DNA from: Euprymna scolopes
Lineage: Eukaryota
DNA: 64,000 bases
NCBI GenBank assembly: GCA_053919585.1
Contig: CM132785.1
Direction: 5' to 3' (one strand)
Positions 51,985 through 64,000 of the stretch are shown here, in pieces (positions within the stretch are counted from its first letter, which is position 1; each line of letters opens with the position of its first letter). The notes below the pieces were generated by a model. That model was not told the DNA's origin. It saw nothing but the letters and a program-made list of their open reading frames with translations, and did not search any database. A program made the translations under genes and the position numbers.

Positions 51985-52087
51985 TACATACAACGCCTGC
52001 TTTTCTAGTCATCCATCGGGTAGTTACTAGGCTCAACGTTGCTCAAGTTTGATGTAATGAGAGTCGGTGCTTCAGCGCGATTATGCC
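51985..52087 (-). pseudogene. Degenerate 5S rRNA-derived sequence (pseudogene or SINE3 head)
   Basis: Minus strand ggcataatcgcgctgaagcaccgactctc...cttgagcaacgttgagcctagtaactacccgatggatgac follows the 5S consensus order (A box, intermediate element, C box) with many substitutions. Confidence 0.55.
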
Positions 52088-53139
52088 TTATATAAAGGAA
52101 CAGTGCTTATAATTTAAGTCAAGCAGTATGAGAAGAAATATATAACCAACAAGTCTAAAATTATCCTATACCTGTTTATAACTAAGACGAGCATCGTACC
52201 GGAATTTATTTGCTATTAATGGGTGCCGTGGTGAATGCAGACTGCGATGTAATATAGTATGTTATACTGAAATGATAGTACCAGACAGTCTGCTCTAGGA
52301 ATATTTTATAATTACGTTCGCAAGTGTATTTTGTTCGCAAGGGACAAGGGAGATTCATGTATCTCGATTATAGTATAAATACCTTTTTATTAAAATTTTA
52401 TAGATCTGATTGAAAAAATATTTTAAAAAAATATAAATCTAAAAATATGAAATCAAATATATAAATGCGCAAATACATAAGTTATTGAAAATGGATACGG
52501 CCAAACAGTATTAGAATACGGTACTTTTGTAAATAAATCCTCTTGGACAAATTCAACCAGACTGTTAGGAAACTGTTTAAACAACATAAATAGCTTACTA
52601 AAAATCAGTCTACAATGAAAACTGAGGCCAACATTTCGAACATTTTTTTTTTCGTAATTTAATAAGCTGGGACCGTTTGATCAACACTGAAAACCATCAA
52701 CTAAAACACTAATTTGCTTTTATTCCGCAAAACGGTATTCATGATAAACACTTGTCTCTAAAATATTTCGACTAGCGTAAATTTTTGAAGCACATCAATA
52801 GTGATTACACTCTATTATATAGATTTGTAAGTCCTCAGTATATCGTATGAACCCGTATCTTTGTTTAGCATTGGTTTCCCTGATATTTTTGGAGTCGGAA
52901 CTATTTCTCCAAAATTCATCAGATACTTACGGGGTGACCACGTGAAGGTTTCCAACATAAGTGAAAGCGGTATTTTTGGATTGGTCGTAAGTGCCTATCG
53001 TTAACCAATGAGTCAGCGTAACTTTCCCATGCTTGCAAGACAGCGTTTGTCAACGGGTGGAATTACAACTGTTTCTCAGTTATAATGGTTGGGGGGAAAA
53101 ACTAAGACCCATCTATACGTATGCGCGCATATATATATC

Positions 53140-53390
53140 ATTAGACACTAGTGTTCCATCCTTTCGGGAATCGTCAGTGCAGGGTTTCACAATAAACACA
53201 AGTCGATAGATTCGAACCCGGCAACAAGTCCTCTTCGGCTTCATTAGCAAGGACCGTATCCATTTAGCTACCGTTAACCGCGTGAAATAATGTTGAAATT
53301 AAACATTTTAAAATGATTTTTTTTACGTCAGCCAGTGATCTAATCATATGATCTATGCATAAGAGCTAAATTGGCCGACTTAATTCAATT
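53140..53390 (-). mobile_element. tRNA-promoter/hammerhead repeat, copy 1
   Basis: A box TAGCTAAATGG (53260-53270), B box GGTTCGAATC (53209-53218), hammerhead-like core at 53144-53183. Confidence 0.7.
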
Positions 53391-53870
53391 GAAAGTGTTC
53401 AACGATAAGAAACGAGTTTCTTAAAGGGGCTGATATATATATATATATATATCCCCATGTTTACAATAATTTAAAATTTGCTGTGGATCATGTGAACCAA
53501 TTATTCAGCTCTAGAATGTTCAATATGTATATACCAATTTATTATCAGTGTCAATAATAATGAAGGGCATTGATTGATTGCAGGCATATCGTCAATTAAT
53601 ACTGGCAATCACCATTCGATTTGCGCCTCATATGTTGAACGGGTATGTCTAATAAAACGAAACGACACCATTTCGATTAAGCTAAAAACTTCAGTTTTAA
53701 TTGGATGGCAAGCAATTCATTCACGGTACAATTGAGAGGCCATTATACACGCGACCCCACACCCATAAATTAATCACTTCGTAACGTTATATTATGTTCT
53801 GCATTTTAGTATAGTTTATATTGTAATTAAGAAAAGTTTGATCACATTTACAGTTACGTCAAAATAACTA

Positions 53871-54055
53871 CAATAGAACCCCGGGATACGGGGGCCCTAG
53901 GATACGGTTTTTCAAGTTAAGATGTAGAATACGATTTCCCAGCCCCTGGTTACGGTATTTTCCCCGTCTTACGGTGTTTGATTTTATTCATGTGCACTAT
54001 ATACTCTACTGTATTTTGCGACTAATTTTTAATGCCATATACCTGGGTTCTACTG
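53871..54055. mobile_element. pogo/Tigger-like MITE
   Basis: TA|caatagaaccccgg ... cctgggttctactg|TA. Confidence 0.8.
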
Positions 54056-54142
54056 TACGTAGATTTATGAAATTCTGTCTGCACATAGTTGTCTTATGTA
54101 GTTTTTAAGTCTAGATTCCTTTCGACAATGTGAAAGTTGATA

Positions 54143-54410
54143 TTTTTTTTTATACCTGTACACACTAGTGTTTCTTCCTTTCGGGAACCACTAATGCAGG
54201 GAGTTATGATTATAGCCGGTCGGGAGATACGAACACCGCCACGAAACCATCCCTGAGTTCATTAGCAAGGAACAAATCGCACGACCAACGTTACTCGCGA
54301 GAAATACAGTTGAAAATATATAAAGAGTAAATGTCAAGTCGCGAGAATGATCTTCTGGTTATAACATTATCTGTGCATGTAAGGTGTATTGTGGATGGCC
54401 GATATGGATT
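54143..54410 (-). mobile_element. tRNA-promoter/hammerhead repeat, copy 2
   Basis: Colinear with copy 1 (cactagtg, ctttcgggaa, tgcaggg, ttcattagcaagga, cgcg.gaaata..gttgaaa); A-rich tail at 54143-54151. Confidence 0.65.
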
Positions 54411-54515
54411 AATTTAATAAGGATAATTATTTTAATGACTCGATCTCTGAAGTAAGGGTTGTTATGCATTTTCTGTAAATACATATAAAAATAATTCGGA
54501 AAAAGATGTGATTAA

Positions 54516-54679
54516 GAGGGCTATGACAACAGCATATTTTTTCATTGTTTTTACTCCCGAATTTCCGGCACATACTCCATTAATCAACCGGGAACCACAT
54601 CACTATACATAAAAACATATCAATCGATATGTATCTGATTATTAAAACAAGGAAAAAATATGCTGTTGTCATAGCCCTA
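54516..54679. mobile_element. hAT-type MITE (164 bp)
   Basis: Perfect 27-bp TIR agggctatgacaacagcatattttttc; 8-bp TSD GTGATTAA (54508-54515 / 54680-54687). Confidence 0.92.
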
Positions 54680-56729
54680 GTGATTAATTTAGTATAATCA
54701 ATATGTGCGGCTTTATGTGCCTCTTCCATCGTTTTGCAGAGCTGTAGTTTTAAATTGCCGTAGGAGTGAAAAGTTGAAAATAAACTCTAATATTTGATCA
54801 TTATTTCTGTTGTTTTTAATTTTTTTTTTCTCATTTTTTAAATAAAATTACTTTGAACTTTATTTTTCTAAGATAAAAACGACTAAATTGACAAGAAAAA
54901 TGTTAACTCTTAAACACGTTGATGGTTGACGCAATAACAATGATTGCATCATACAACATATTATAACGCAATACATTTGCAAACAATAAGCTGAAATAAT
55001 TTGTTTAATGTTTTTTCTTTTTCTTGTGCGTAGCAGGCCTGAAAAGTAACAGGAGGGCAGTAACAATTAAATTCTAAACAAAAGAAAGCGTATATTTCTA
55101 CTGCTATTACCATTTATCTTTCTGCCGGGAGTCTATGCACTGTCTGAAGTCTTCTGTATTTCTCAGCTCTCATTAGTGTTGATTATCGCCACGCCTAATT
55201 CCATCCTCATGTCTGAAGTTATGAATTAAATAAATCACGTTGAAAAAGATGAGTAAGGAGGTTGATCAAATTCGTTTTTGACCATTTGCTTAATGCTCAG
55301 GGTATTTTTGAGCAGGTATGTTGCCGTTGTAAATATGTGTAATCAAAATGATTCGAGAAATATATGGAACTAGCCTGGCTGTTTGGAGGTATGTTGAGGA
55401 AATAAAAGCATGTAGTAGCCAGGCTGGCTCCAACCCGTACTGAGAAAGAAAAGAATGTGAAAAAGACGTGACATCTTTGCCGTTGCGTCCATTGCCAAAC
55501 CTGAAGGGTGAAGGTTTAAATTAAGGCGAGTAAATCGAAAAGAGGGAATGACTTCCGAAAATATCGGCGAAAATGCGACCCCTTCTTGTAGAAAAGTAGC
55601 GAGGTAAGGGTGAAGGATTAATGCTTTTGGCCAATTTTTCGATATTGTTGTGCGAAGTGTCAGCCTCAAAACGATACCGATCTCTGAAAAATCCGCCGCA
55701 CCTGTCGAAAGTTATAGATAGACATACATACATTTAAACACAGGTGATATATATATATATATATATATATGATTGCAGAAAGTTCAGATTAGTTACATAC
55801 ACATAAAATATAATTCTAGATGACAACACAATTCGCTATCGTTATTTCTTTGCAAAAGTTCATAGAACAGGCATTAGAATTCAATTCAGAAAATTCCTCG
55901 TTTTTCTCTTCAAAGTAAACAACTCTCAATTCTCATTCATTTTCTCAGTTGATTGTCAATTTTCAATGTCTTCTCTAAAAACTATTTGGATTCATCCCAG
56001 CTCTGTAATTACCGGGTTTTGGGAGATCTTAAGCATGTAAAATCCGTTTTTCTGACAACCCTTCAGTTAAGGGGGAATATAACGAGTTAAAGGTTAATTA
56101 ATGAAATTGGTTCTTCTAGTTCCTGGCACAGAAGGACATTGCAACAGTCATCTGCCGTGATGTCGAACAGATAAAAATAAAGGAACATGAAAACGTGTGC
56201 TTTCCTAAAGATTATTAATATACTCCAAAGATATCATGATATTCATCAATCGCCTATGGCACACCTAATTCCGTTACCTTATAGACACTGCTCAGCATAT
56301 GCATATATTATGACTAGCAGGAAGAGACAACTTAGAGAGGGATTGAGGATCAACAACTGTTTCACTTTCATATTTTATCGTCATTAGCATCTGAAATCTC
56401 CCATTATTTTTTTCCAATCAAATCGATTAATTGCCTGTTCAACTTGATGTACAGAAAGGAAACATCGCATATTTTTCCGCAGTGACTTTGCCCACAATGC
56501 ATTGTAGTTGGCATTGAACTACATCAAAACATATTTTTTATATTATAATCGCTTAAAGTTTAAAATACACAAGTGGAATATCCTGGTTTGTGTTCAGTCC
56601 ATAAATTCCAAAGTAGCTAAGCAGCGGTTTAGTTCCCATTAGTTTTATCAAATACCAAACGGTCCTGAACAGAAACGTGTGCTCAATCCCAACCATCACC
56701 AATAGGCATTAGGTAGTCTCGTCAGCATC

Positions 56730-57145
56730 ATAACTAAACTCTTTGCCAAGAACTTTGCAGCTAACTCTACCCTATGCGACCAATGCTGTCACCCCCCCGT
56801 ATTTTAGTCTGTATCAAATACGCGCTATGCAATATACAAATAGCTGTGTGTTATGTTACCAAGCAGATTAAAAACCTTGATTCCAGTAAAGCAACTGGTC
56901 CTGACAGCATTCCAATTATAGCGTTGAAAAAGCTTAAACCAGAACTAGCTCCTATACTTATAAAGCTGTTTAAACGTTGTCTTAATGTAAATTGCTTCCA
57001 ACACTCTGGTAACCCTCATCAGTATGCCCTGTATTTAAGTATTCAGGTGATCGATCATCTCCATCAGTAGAGACTACTAAGTCTCCTATGCGTCATAAGT
57101 TGTAATTTGTTTAATAGAGTAGTAGTCAAACGCCTTAGCAAAAAA
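56730..57145 (+). mobile_element. LINE ORF2 fragment (RT N-terminal region, CR1/Jockey group)
   Basis: IKNLDSSKATGPDSIPIIALKKLKPELAPILIKLFKRCL in ORF 56774-57070. Confidence 0.85.
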
Positions 57146-59517
57146 TAACATGTACATTCGGGTATCCGCGAAGCGAGTACCTAAGCACACAGCAAAGTCC
57201 CGCTGAAAGAGCGGGTATCTTTGCTACTATTTATATATTATATCTTTGTGTACCAGTCCTGGGCCAGGTTAATCAGAAAACGAGGCAAAATCGACTGACA
57301 TCAAACGACAAACACTAAAATGCTGGCATGAGGAAACCTGTTAATATATTTGAGTAGGGAGGGGTTAAATATTCGACTTGTACGACAAGTTATATTTAAG
57401 GGTGTAAAATTTGCTGAATGAGTATTTTCAGTCTGACTTACCAAATATGAAATATCTATTTAATATAAAGTTAGGTTCGATTTTGTTCGAACGTCTGTGT
57501 AGTAAACTCTCAACCTCATAATTGATCATTACGAACTTTGAAGCAGACTTTCTATGCATTAGGGTGCCAAATATGAACTACGGATATCTCTTTAGTTTAG
57601 AATCTAAGAGTAAACATTCTTCGTGAAAATTAGAATAGACAATTTTAAAACTTTAACCATAGTCATTAGACATCAGTTATGTTTTTTTTATTTATTTATT
57701 TTTTCTTCGTGTATTTTAAACGAATTTTAAAGGGCTTAATATAATTAGAGGCTCTCACTTAAAAAAAAGTGTGCATCTTATATTTACATAAACGTAATAG
57801 TTATTAAATCTATCGAACAATTTAGTGCTTAACAGCCATGTTGCTTAAATCTCTGATCAAGGCTAAAGGAATCGATGGGAAGTTTGCTGTACCAGCAAGT
57901 TTCCGTGGCATCTTCAACTGGTTACCCTGTAATAACAGCGCCTTTCCACGCTGTAGTTGCAATCACTTGATCAATAGCTGATTATTGCTCTTTTCTTCCG
58001 TGTTTTCTTTGGGATTTTTTTTTCCTATTGTTTATATAATTACCGTCAAACTTTCTGTTATTCCATCTAGAATCCTTTTTCACCCACAACCATCGTTGTA
58101 TGTGTTACTGTTTCTGGACCTTTTGATATTCTCAACTAGCTATTAACTCCATTATAATTGTTAATGATCTTCAGTCCATATATCTCGATTTTGCACAATC
58201 ATATGGCAAACTAGAGGCTAAATAAACATACTTTTCGAATTTACATCTGTCCTGGTTACGTTTATATTTGCCGGCATCAACATTCTCCTTTCCTTCAAAT
58301 TTCAGATCGATTTAGATTCCCTGAATCACACCCCTTTAAGATACTTTGTGCTTAATCGCTCTTTTTCTAAAATCAAATTTTTCCAAAGAGATTTTATCAA
58401 CAATTTATTTAGGATTTTAAACATAACATCGAGTAGCGTATATAGATTAGCCTCCATTCGTTCGTTTTGTATGCGTCACATGATTCTATTTTTGGCATTT
58501 GATTTTATGTCGTTTTAGTCAGAATTCCTTAAAAAGATATCGAGTATTTTAAAGGGCGATCGCGTGAACGTTGCAAACACATGAAAAGTTATGTTTGAAC
58601 TTTAAAACTATTCTCACTCAGATTGACAGTTCGTGTCGGAAACCGCTTACTCATCGTCACCTCCCATAATAGTGGTGAAAAATTGTTGTTTAATATTTTA
58701 AATCTCAGAATATCAGCTCTCGGACGAATTTTCTGCTACTTGACTAAGTTTTTTTTATGTATTGAGTAATAGATTTTTTTTAATATTTAAAATGAAGTCC
58801 ATTATTATAAATCTGTCTTTGTACGAAGAGTAGTTTTTGTAGGAGTCCCATATTATAAATTGTAGGGTGGGCCAAGACGCCTTTGCACTGTCACTGTAGT
58901 AATATGACTGGCTCACATGTTTTAGCTGCGCGGGGTAAAGTAGGTTGATATAAACACTGAGGATGCGAGGATGACCCGCGAGCGAGTTTGACTAAAATAA
59001 ATTCAGTTCATGATGTCTCTTCTGCTAGCAGGGTTTTTTTTTTCTCTCTGGTGCGTACGTGCGCATGTGTGTATGACCTTTATTTTCTATGCAAATGCCA
59101 CTGTCTTTCCCTCTGTGTAAAATAAAGTGTCAGTCAGTGTCTTTTATTTATTTTTTTTTTTCCTATTTTGTGTCGCTTGGCTTTGCCCTTATTCCGATCT
59201 CCCAAATCGACGCGTCTCTTACTGCAAACAGATGAAGAGAGCGCGCTTGGCTGTTTGGATTCCTTTTCGCTAAACTCCTGCTTCGCTTTTTATTTATTTA
59301 GTCTTATTTTGTCTGTCTATCTCGCTCGGCGTTTCTTTCACCAAGCTTATTTTTATCCGTGTGTGTAGGTGTCTATGTGTGTGTAACGCATGTAAACTAG
59401 TGAAAAAAAAAACATGCGTACGTAAAAATTATATTGACATTTATTTCTAAATCTTTCCTTCTTAGATACCGCCTTCTCCTTGTCTCACCACCTTAGTTTA
59501 TCTAAATATCTCGACTA

Positions 59518-59993
59518 CTAGCAGACCGCTCGGCATTGCCCACTCGTAAAATACGCTTAAATATTTTTGGAGTTATGCAGAATTCGTAATTCGAATATAT
59601 TAAATTCGACCAACAATATAGTAATGCATTAAGACTCGTGCGCCACCAGAGAGTCGAAACCAAAATACTTAGATTTCAATTGACTTTTTCCTTTGAATTT
59701 AATGTCTGGGCTATGAACTCCTTTTTTTCTGCAAGGCTAAAAACTAAAATATGAAGCAAGCTATTACGTTACGCATACTTATTCGTAATGCTGTCCTTCG
59801 AGGATAACCAGGCAAATTGCATTTTTCCCCCACGTTTGTGCCGATTTTAACGGCTAAAACCCAAATATAAAGTTTCGCATTGATTCGAATACCCTATATA
59901 TATATATGAATGTATCTGTAGACCAAAAACTGACAGTTTGGTAGGCATCATTTTTAAACACACATGTATGTATATAAATCAATATACAACGTG

Positions 59994-60069
<76 letters not shown>

Positions 60070-60345
60070 GGGGGGAGACAGTTATGTGTCTACTATACAA
60101 TTTTTAAGCAAATATTACGCAAGGATAAATATAGAATATCTGCATAGATATAATTACATGTAATGGTTAACGAAAGATCCAATAAGAAAATCGAAACATC
60201 TAATGTGGAAGTTATCAAAATGAATGTTTAAAAGAATATGCAAATTAGCTTTATCTTTTGCAGATAAATGAAATTTCACGGCCCATATATAACAGTTGTA
60301 TTTTCGAGAACAAATAAAGGGTGCCTTATATGAATATCAACATAC
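59518..60345 (-). mobile_element. Helitron-like family B copy containing a long (TA)n
   Basis: A|CTAGcagaccgctcggcattgccc terminus; colinear with 9467-10235; (TA)n 59999-60067. Confidence 0.7.
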
Positions 60346-60685
60346 GCACGCACGCCCACACACAAAAAATATTTTTACCCCCTTTCTTTTCTTCTCAGAC
60401 TCTGGCAGTCCATGTCTATTATAATCTCTTAAATCTTTCTCTGGGTATGGGATCAATCGCTTTATGATTGTATTCTCTCATTTTTAGTCTGCAATTATGA
60501 AATCCGTGGATCTGTTTTAAGGGAAGGTTAACACTAATATAGACGATCATAATCGGCTGTCTTTATCGACTCACTATAGAAAATAAAATCATTAAATACT
60601 AATGTAAAAGGGTCGGTAAATATAGGACTTCTTTCCTCCTTATGGATCTTTATCAAATCTAAAATAGCGTCGTTAACTTTAATTT

Positions 60686-61650
60686 CGAGGATCGTTCCAA
60701 AAGTAATCCCTCATGAACTCAAAGTTGAAGAGCTGAGAATATGGAGTAGTAACATTTAAAACGAGCGATCTTTTTTATTCTCAAAACTTTTGTTTTTCTG
60801 TATTGTCATTACCTTTCTCATTGCACTTTTGTCAGTGATGACGTAGTAAGTTGGCGCCTGCCGAGGCGGTCAATTTTTTCCCCGCAGTTGCAATTACGAT
60901 GTTATCGAGAATTCTGCACGTGTAATGCACCCTTCAGATATCTTAACATGTTGAAGTCTGATGGTGACGGGTGTGTTCCGTACAGTAGGTGAGACAGCAC
61001 CGTCCAACCAAACTTTTTCACATATCCTGATCTGGAAACTTACTGGGTTACAAGCGGAAGGTTTCCTTTTATTCTGGCCTTAGAAGGTGCAATCTGACTC
61101 CTTTAAGAGCGCGCATTTCTCGTTCCAGTAGACGGTGCACATTAATTGTCCTTGAGATATCTGCGTCTGGAACATTTTTAATGCTGTGGAACGTGTTGGG
61201 CCACCGGTTCATAGTGTTGACAACGTTTTGTCACTAGTAATGATGCGGACGAAAAATCAGTCACCTTTGACTACGTATTAATTCCACAAGTTCTGGCGGA
61301 ATTTTGTCGCTGGTAATTTTGGTTCTACATGAGCATTCGTGCAACCAATCTACTACACGTTCTAGGAATGGCAATATTGTTTCCAGTGCGATAACTCTTA
61401 CATTCCACTCTGCACGCATTTCATTTACCGTTATCCTCCGATCAGTGTAGATAGGTTAAGTGTAACGTTTTCTGGGTTGGTGACACTGGGCGTCCGAAAC
61501 GTACTCTGCAACTCCTTTCCTCGATGCAACTTTAAAATCGAACCCATCTAGCTGTACACGTTAAGAAAACGTCACTGGATATTGATCGGCTTTATTTTTT
61601 TAAGCCTGAGGGAATTCAATGACATGTCTTTGCTTCTGGCGTACGTTCAT
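60686..61650 (-). mobile_element. Dead mariner transposon
   Basis: TIR cgaggatcgttccaaaagtaatccctc; minus-strand motifs CSRLVARML (WVPRLL), RIITSDKT, GWTVLSHLLYGTHPSPSDFNM, QKCNEKGNDNTEK. Confidence 0.8.
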
Positions 61651-61706
61651 AACATTGGTTGCTTCGTTAGTCTCACAGTATTATCTAGCACATATCTAGC
61701 ACATAT

Positions 61707-62170
61707 ATAGCAGTCCGTCCGGCATTCTCCGGGCTTAACATACGCACAAATATTAAGTTTTAATTCACGCAGTTCTTTTCTACTGAAAATTATTCAATAT
61801 ATAGTAATGATTTCCAAGTTATAAAAAATTACTTTGATATCATATGCTAGAATTTTACCAGAACGTTCAGCGTTTCAGGCTTAGTCGGTGTTTAGTTCTC
61901 CAGCGTTGTGACCGTTCGACCTATCGACAGATACACACAAATCCTAGAAAATTGAGTTTGAGCTATGAATGTTTAATTTAGAGCATGTGCAAAAGAAACA
62001 GCTGGCGTAAAGTTTTATTCAACTTTCCCTGACAAGGTCACGTGTTATATTTTAAAAAAAATCCCGACTAAAGCTCAAATCGAAAGTGTGCTACAGATTC
62101 AAATACACTATATATCAAATTTCAACTCGGTAGACCAAATATTTATAGAGGAGTTCTGATAGCGACTTTT
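61707..62170 (-). mobile_element. Helitron-like family B copy
   Basis: atagcagtccgtccggcattctccggg terminus; shared internal blocks (aaatacactatatatcaaatttcaactcggtagacc). Confidence 0.55.
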
Positions 62171-62470
62171 CGCGACTATGGCACTTATCTAATATATTTC
62201 CGTGTACTAGAACGTTTTCCTCTTAAATTCTAAGCAATCATACATAATCTATAATCGATGCATAAATAATGCAGACCAATAATCAAATAGTACCAGACAT
62301 CTAAGAAACCATACAAATGAATAATTAAAGCTCCTTTTTCAAAGTAATATGAATATTCGTTTGTAATGTTGGCCGTATATTTATGACCGAGTATATTAAA
62401 GTTTGTGTTAATAATATAAATTGAAAAAGTAGGCATTAATAACAATGTCAGATCGAGAAGAAAAAAAACT

Positions 62471-62527
<57 letters not shown>

Positions 62528-63431
62528 CTTTATTTCCATCGTGACACCACGGATACATTCAAGTAGAGAATCACTAATATTTTCCGATACAAGGTACGGA
62601 ATAACTATTGAAGAACCATACAAACGTATATAGTACAAGCTTAGAATTACTGAACTATTTCGAAGTTGTCAAAATGTTTCATTTTAGACGTGTTTTCCTA
62701 AAACGTTAGACTTGCCTCTTGGTCAATTCATAACTGTTAGAATGAATTCTTACACTTGTCACGGATATTAGTGAATATGATGCAGATAAAACCTTGATTC
62801 GACACGCCAGACCAAAAACATACGCCAATAAGCATCAATAAAGACATGATATATAGAGGCAGGTCTGATGGAATTTCAATGTTTGATCTATTTATTTATC
62901 TCGTCAGCATAGAAACGTCCATTAGTTTCATATTCTGAGAATTACTTCAACATGAATCCCCTGGATCGTCATCGGGCAGTTATTATAGGTGTGTTGCCTT
63001 TTTTGTGAGTTTTTCGAGCGGAGCAAGAAAAAGGGGGGGGGTAATTATATTTATCATTTGATTATTGGTCTCTATTAATTTTGTTTGGTTATATCACTTT
63101 AATTATGTGCATATAAGCCTATATAGTTACATAGTTTGCTTAGTAAACTGATATGTGTATATGTACCTTTTTAATAGATAAAATGTTGAAATATTTATAC
63201 ATCACGTGTTATAGCTTAATACAAAATTAGGTTAAATGGTAATGTAAGAAACTAGATTTGAGATTACGTTAAACTCTAGACATAATAGAAAATTTACTTC
63301 AATCGAATCTGTTTAGCTTTACTCTGAACTTCGTCCATAAACTTTCGTGGTATAAAATCACCTGGAATGATCACTTAGAAAGACAGTATATGCATAGGTG
63401 GGTATACATATATTAGGGTCGTGCAAAAGTA

Positions 63432-63471
<40 letters not shown>

Positions 63472-63639
63472 TTAAACGTCGAAAAAATGAAATTTTATTT
63501 TACAGACTTACTATAGTTGGACATGCAGAAGAAATATATGCATTCTAATTAAAGGCCATGTTTTTATGTCAGACCTTTACCTTCTGTTCTAGAAATCTAT
63601 ACACCTATTTTCCATTTTTCCCGTCATTAAAGAGTAATT

Positions 63640-64000
63640 GTTTGCATTTCTATTGAAGTTTTATCATCTGGTAAATTCACCAGGTAGTTTTTTCAAATTA
63701 TATTTTCATGCGCCCGGTTGCTGCTATAAACAGATTTTCCTAATATCCCGGTTTCTTTTAATATTGTACGTAAGATGTTGGTATTTAGTTATCTACTTGA
63801 TCTGTAAGCTATCATCAAAAGGGTCATTTACTTCGACAAGGATGATTACTTTCTTTCTTGCTTCATATTGCTACCAAGTTTACCAGTGTTTACTATCACC
63901 CATGTCACTTTTTTCTTCGCATGAAGCTGTAGCTATTGAATAGTCATAAATGATGTGTATAAACTTAGTTATTTCTGCGTATATCAATTTTATTTCAGTT
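63640..64000 (-). mobile_element. Relic of an RLE-type non-LTR retrotransposon (R2/R4/NeSL-like endonuclease)
   Basis: Minus strand reads DYSIAT...RKKVIILVEVNDPFDDSLQIK*ITKYQHL, matching the E/D-V..P.D...K..KY..L pattern of the restriction-like endonuclease. Confidence 0.5.

Noticed and set aside
53200-53280. Functional tRNA-Ile gene
   Set aside because: A and B boxes are present but the cloverleaf stems do not pair, and it is embedded in a repeated element
57720-58200. Possible Pif1/Helitron helicase relic on the minus strand (RDIWTED..NG, LY*AL)
   Set aside because: Too degenerate to support without a profile search

Overview
AT-rich, microsatellite-rich non-coding DNA from an invertebrate animal genome (large intron or intergenic region). 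No intact host protein-coding gene can be supported. The window is a mosaic of transposable elements. The main one is a 6.6-kb LTR retroelement (28281-34881; AAAT TSD, tRNA-His-type PBS, PPT) with near-identical LTRs and decayed gag and env-like sequence but no recognisable pol. There are also five CR1/Jockey-type LINE fragments, an RLE-type LINE remnant, several Tc1/mariner relics and MITEs, a hAT MITE, many non-autonomous Helitron-like copies, two SINE-like families and a 5S rRNA-derived relic. Three signals stand out. (1) A repeat present twice at 53.1-54.4 kb joins a tRNA-like Pol III promoter to a minimal hammerhead ribozyme (retrozyme/SMalpha-like). (2) The pol-less LTR element keeps a tandemly duplicated env fusion-peptide segment and has asymmetric U5 ends. 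(3) A GC-rich 30-bp array at 22.75-23.16 kb reads as signal-peptide-like sequence plus (AVSDAPGWGR)n, resembling an APGWamide-type neuropeptide precursor, although it is frameshifted. All alignments were done by eye, so ends of degenerate elements are approximate.
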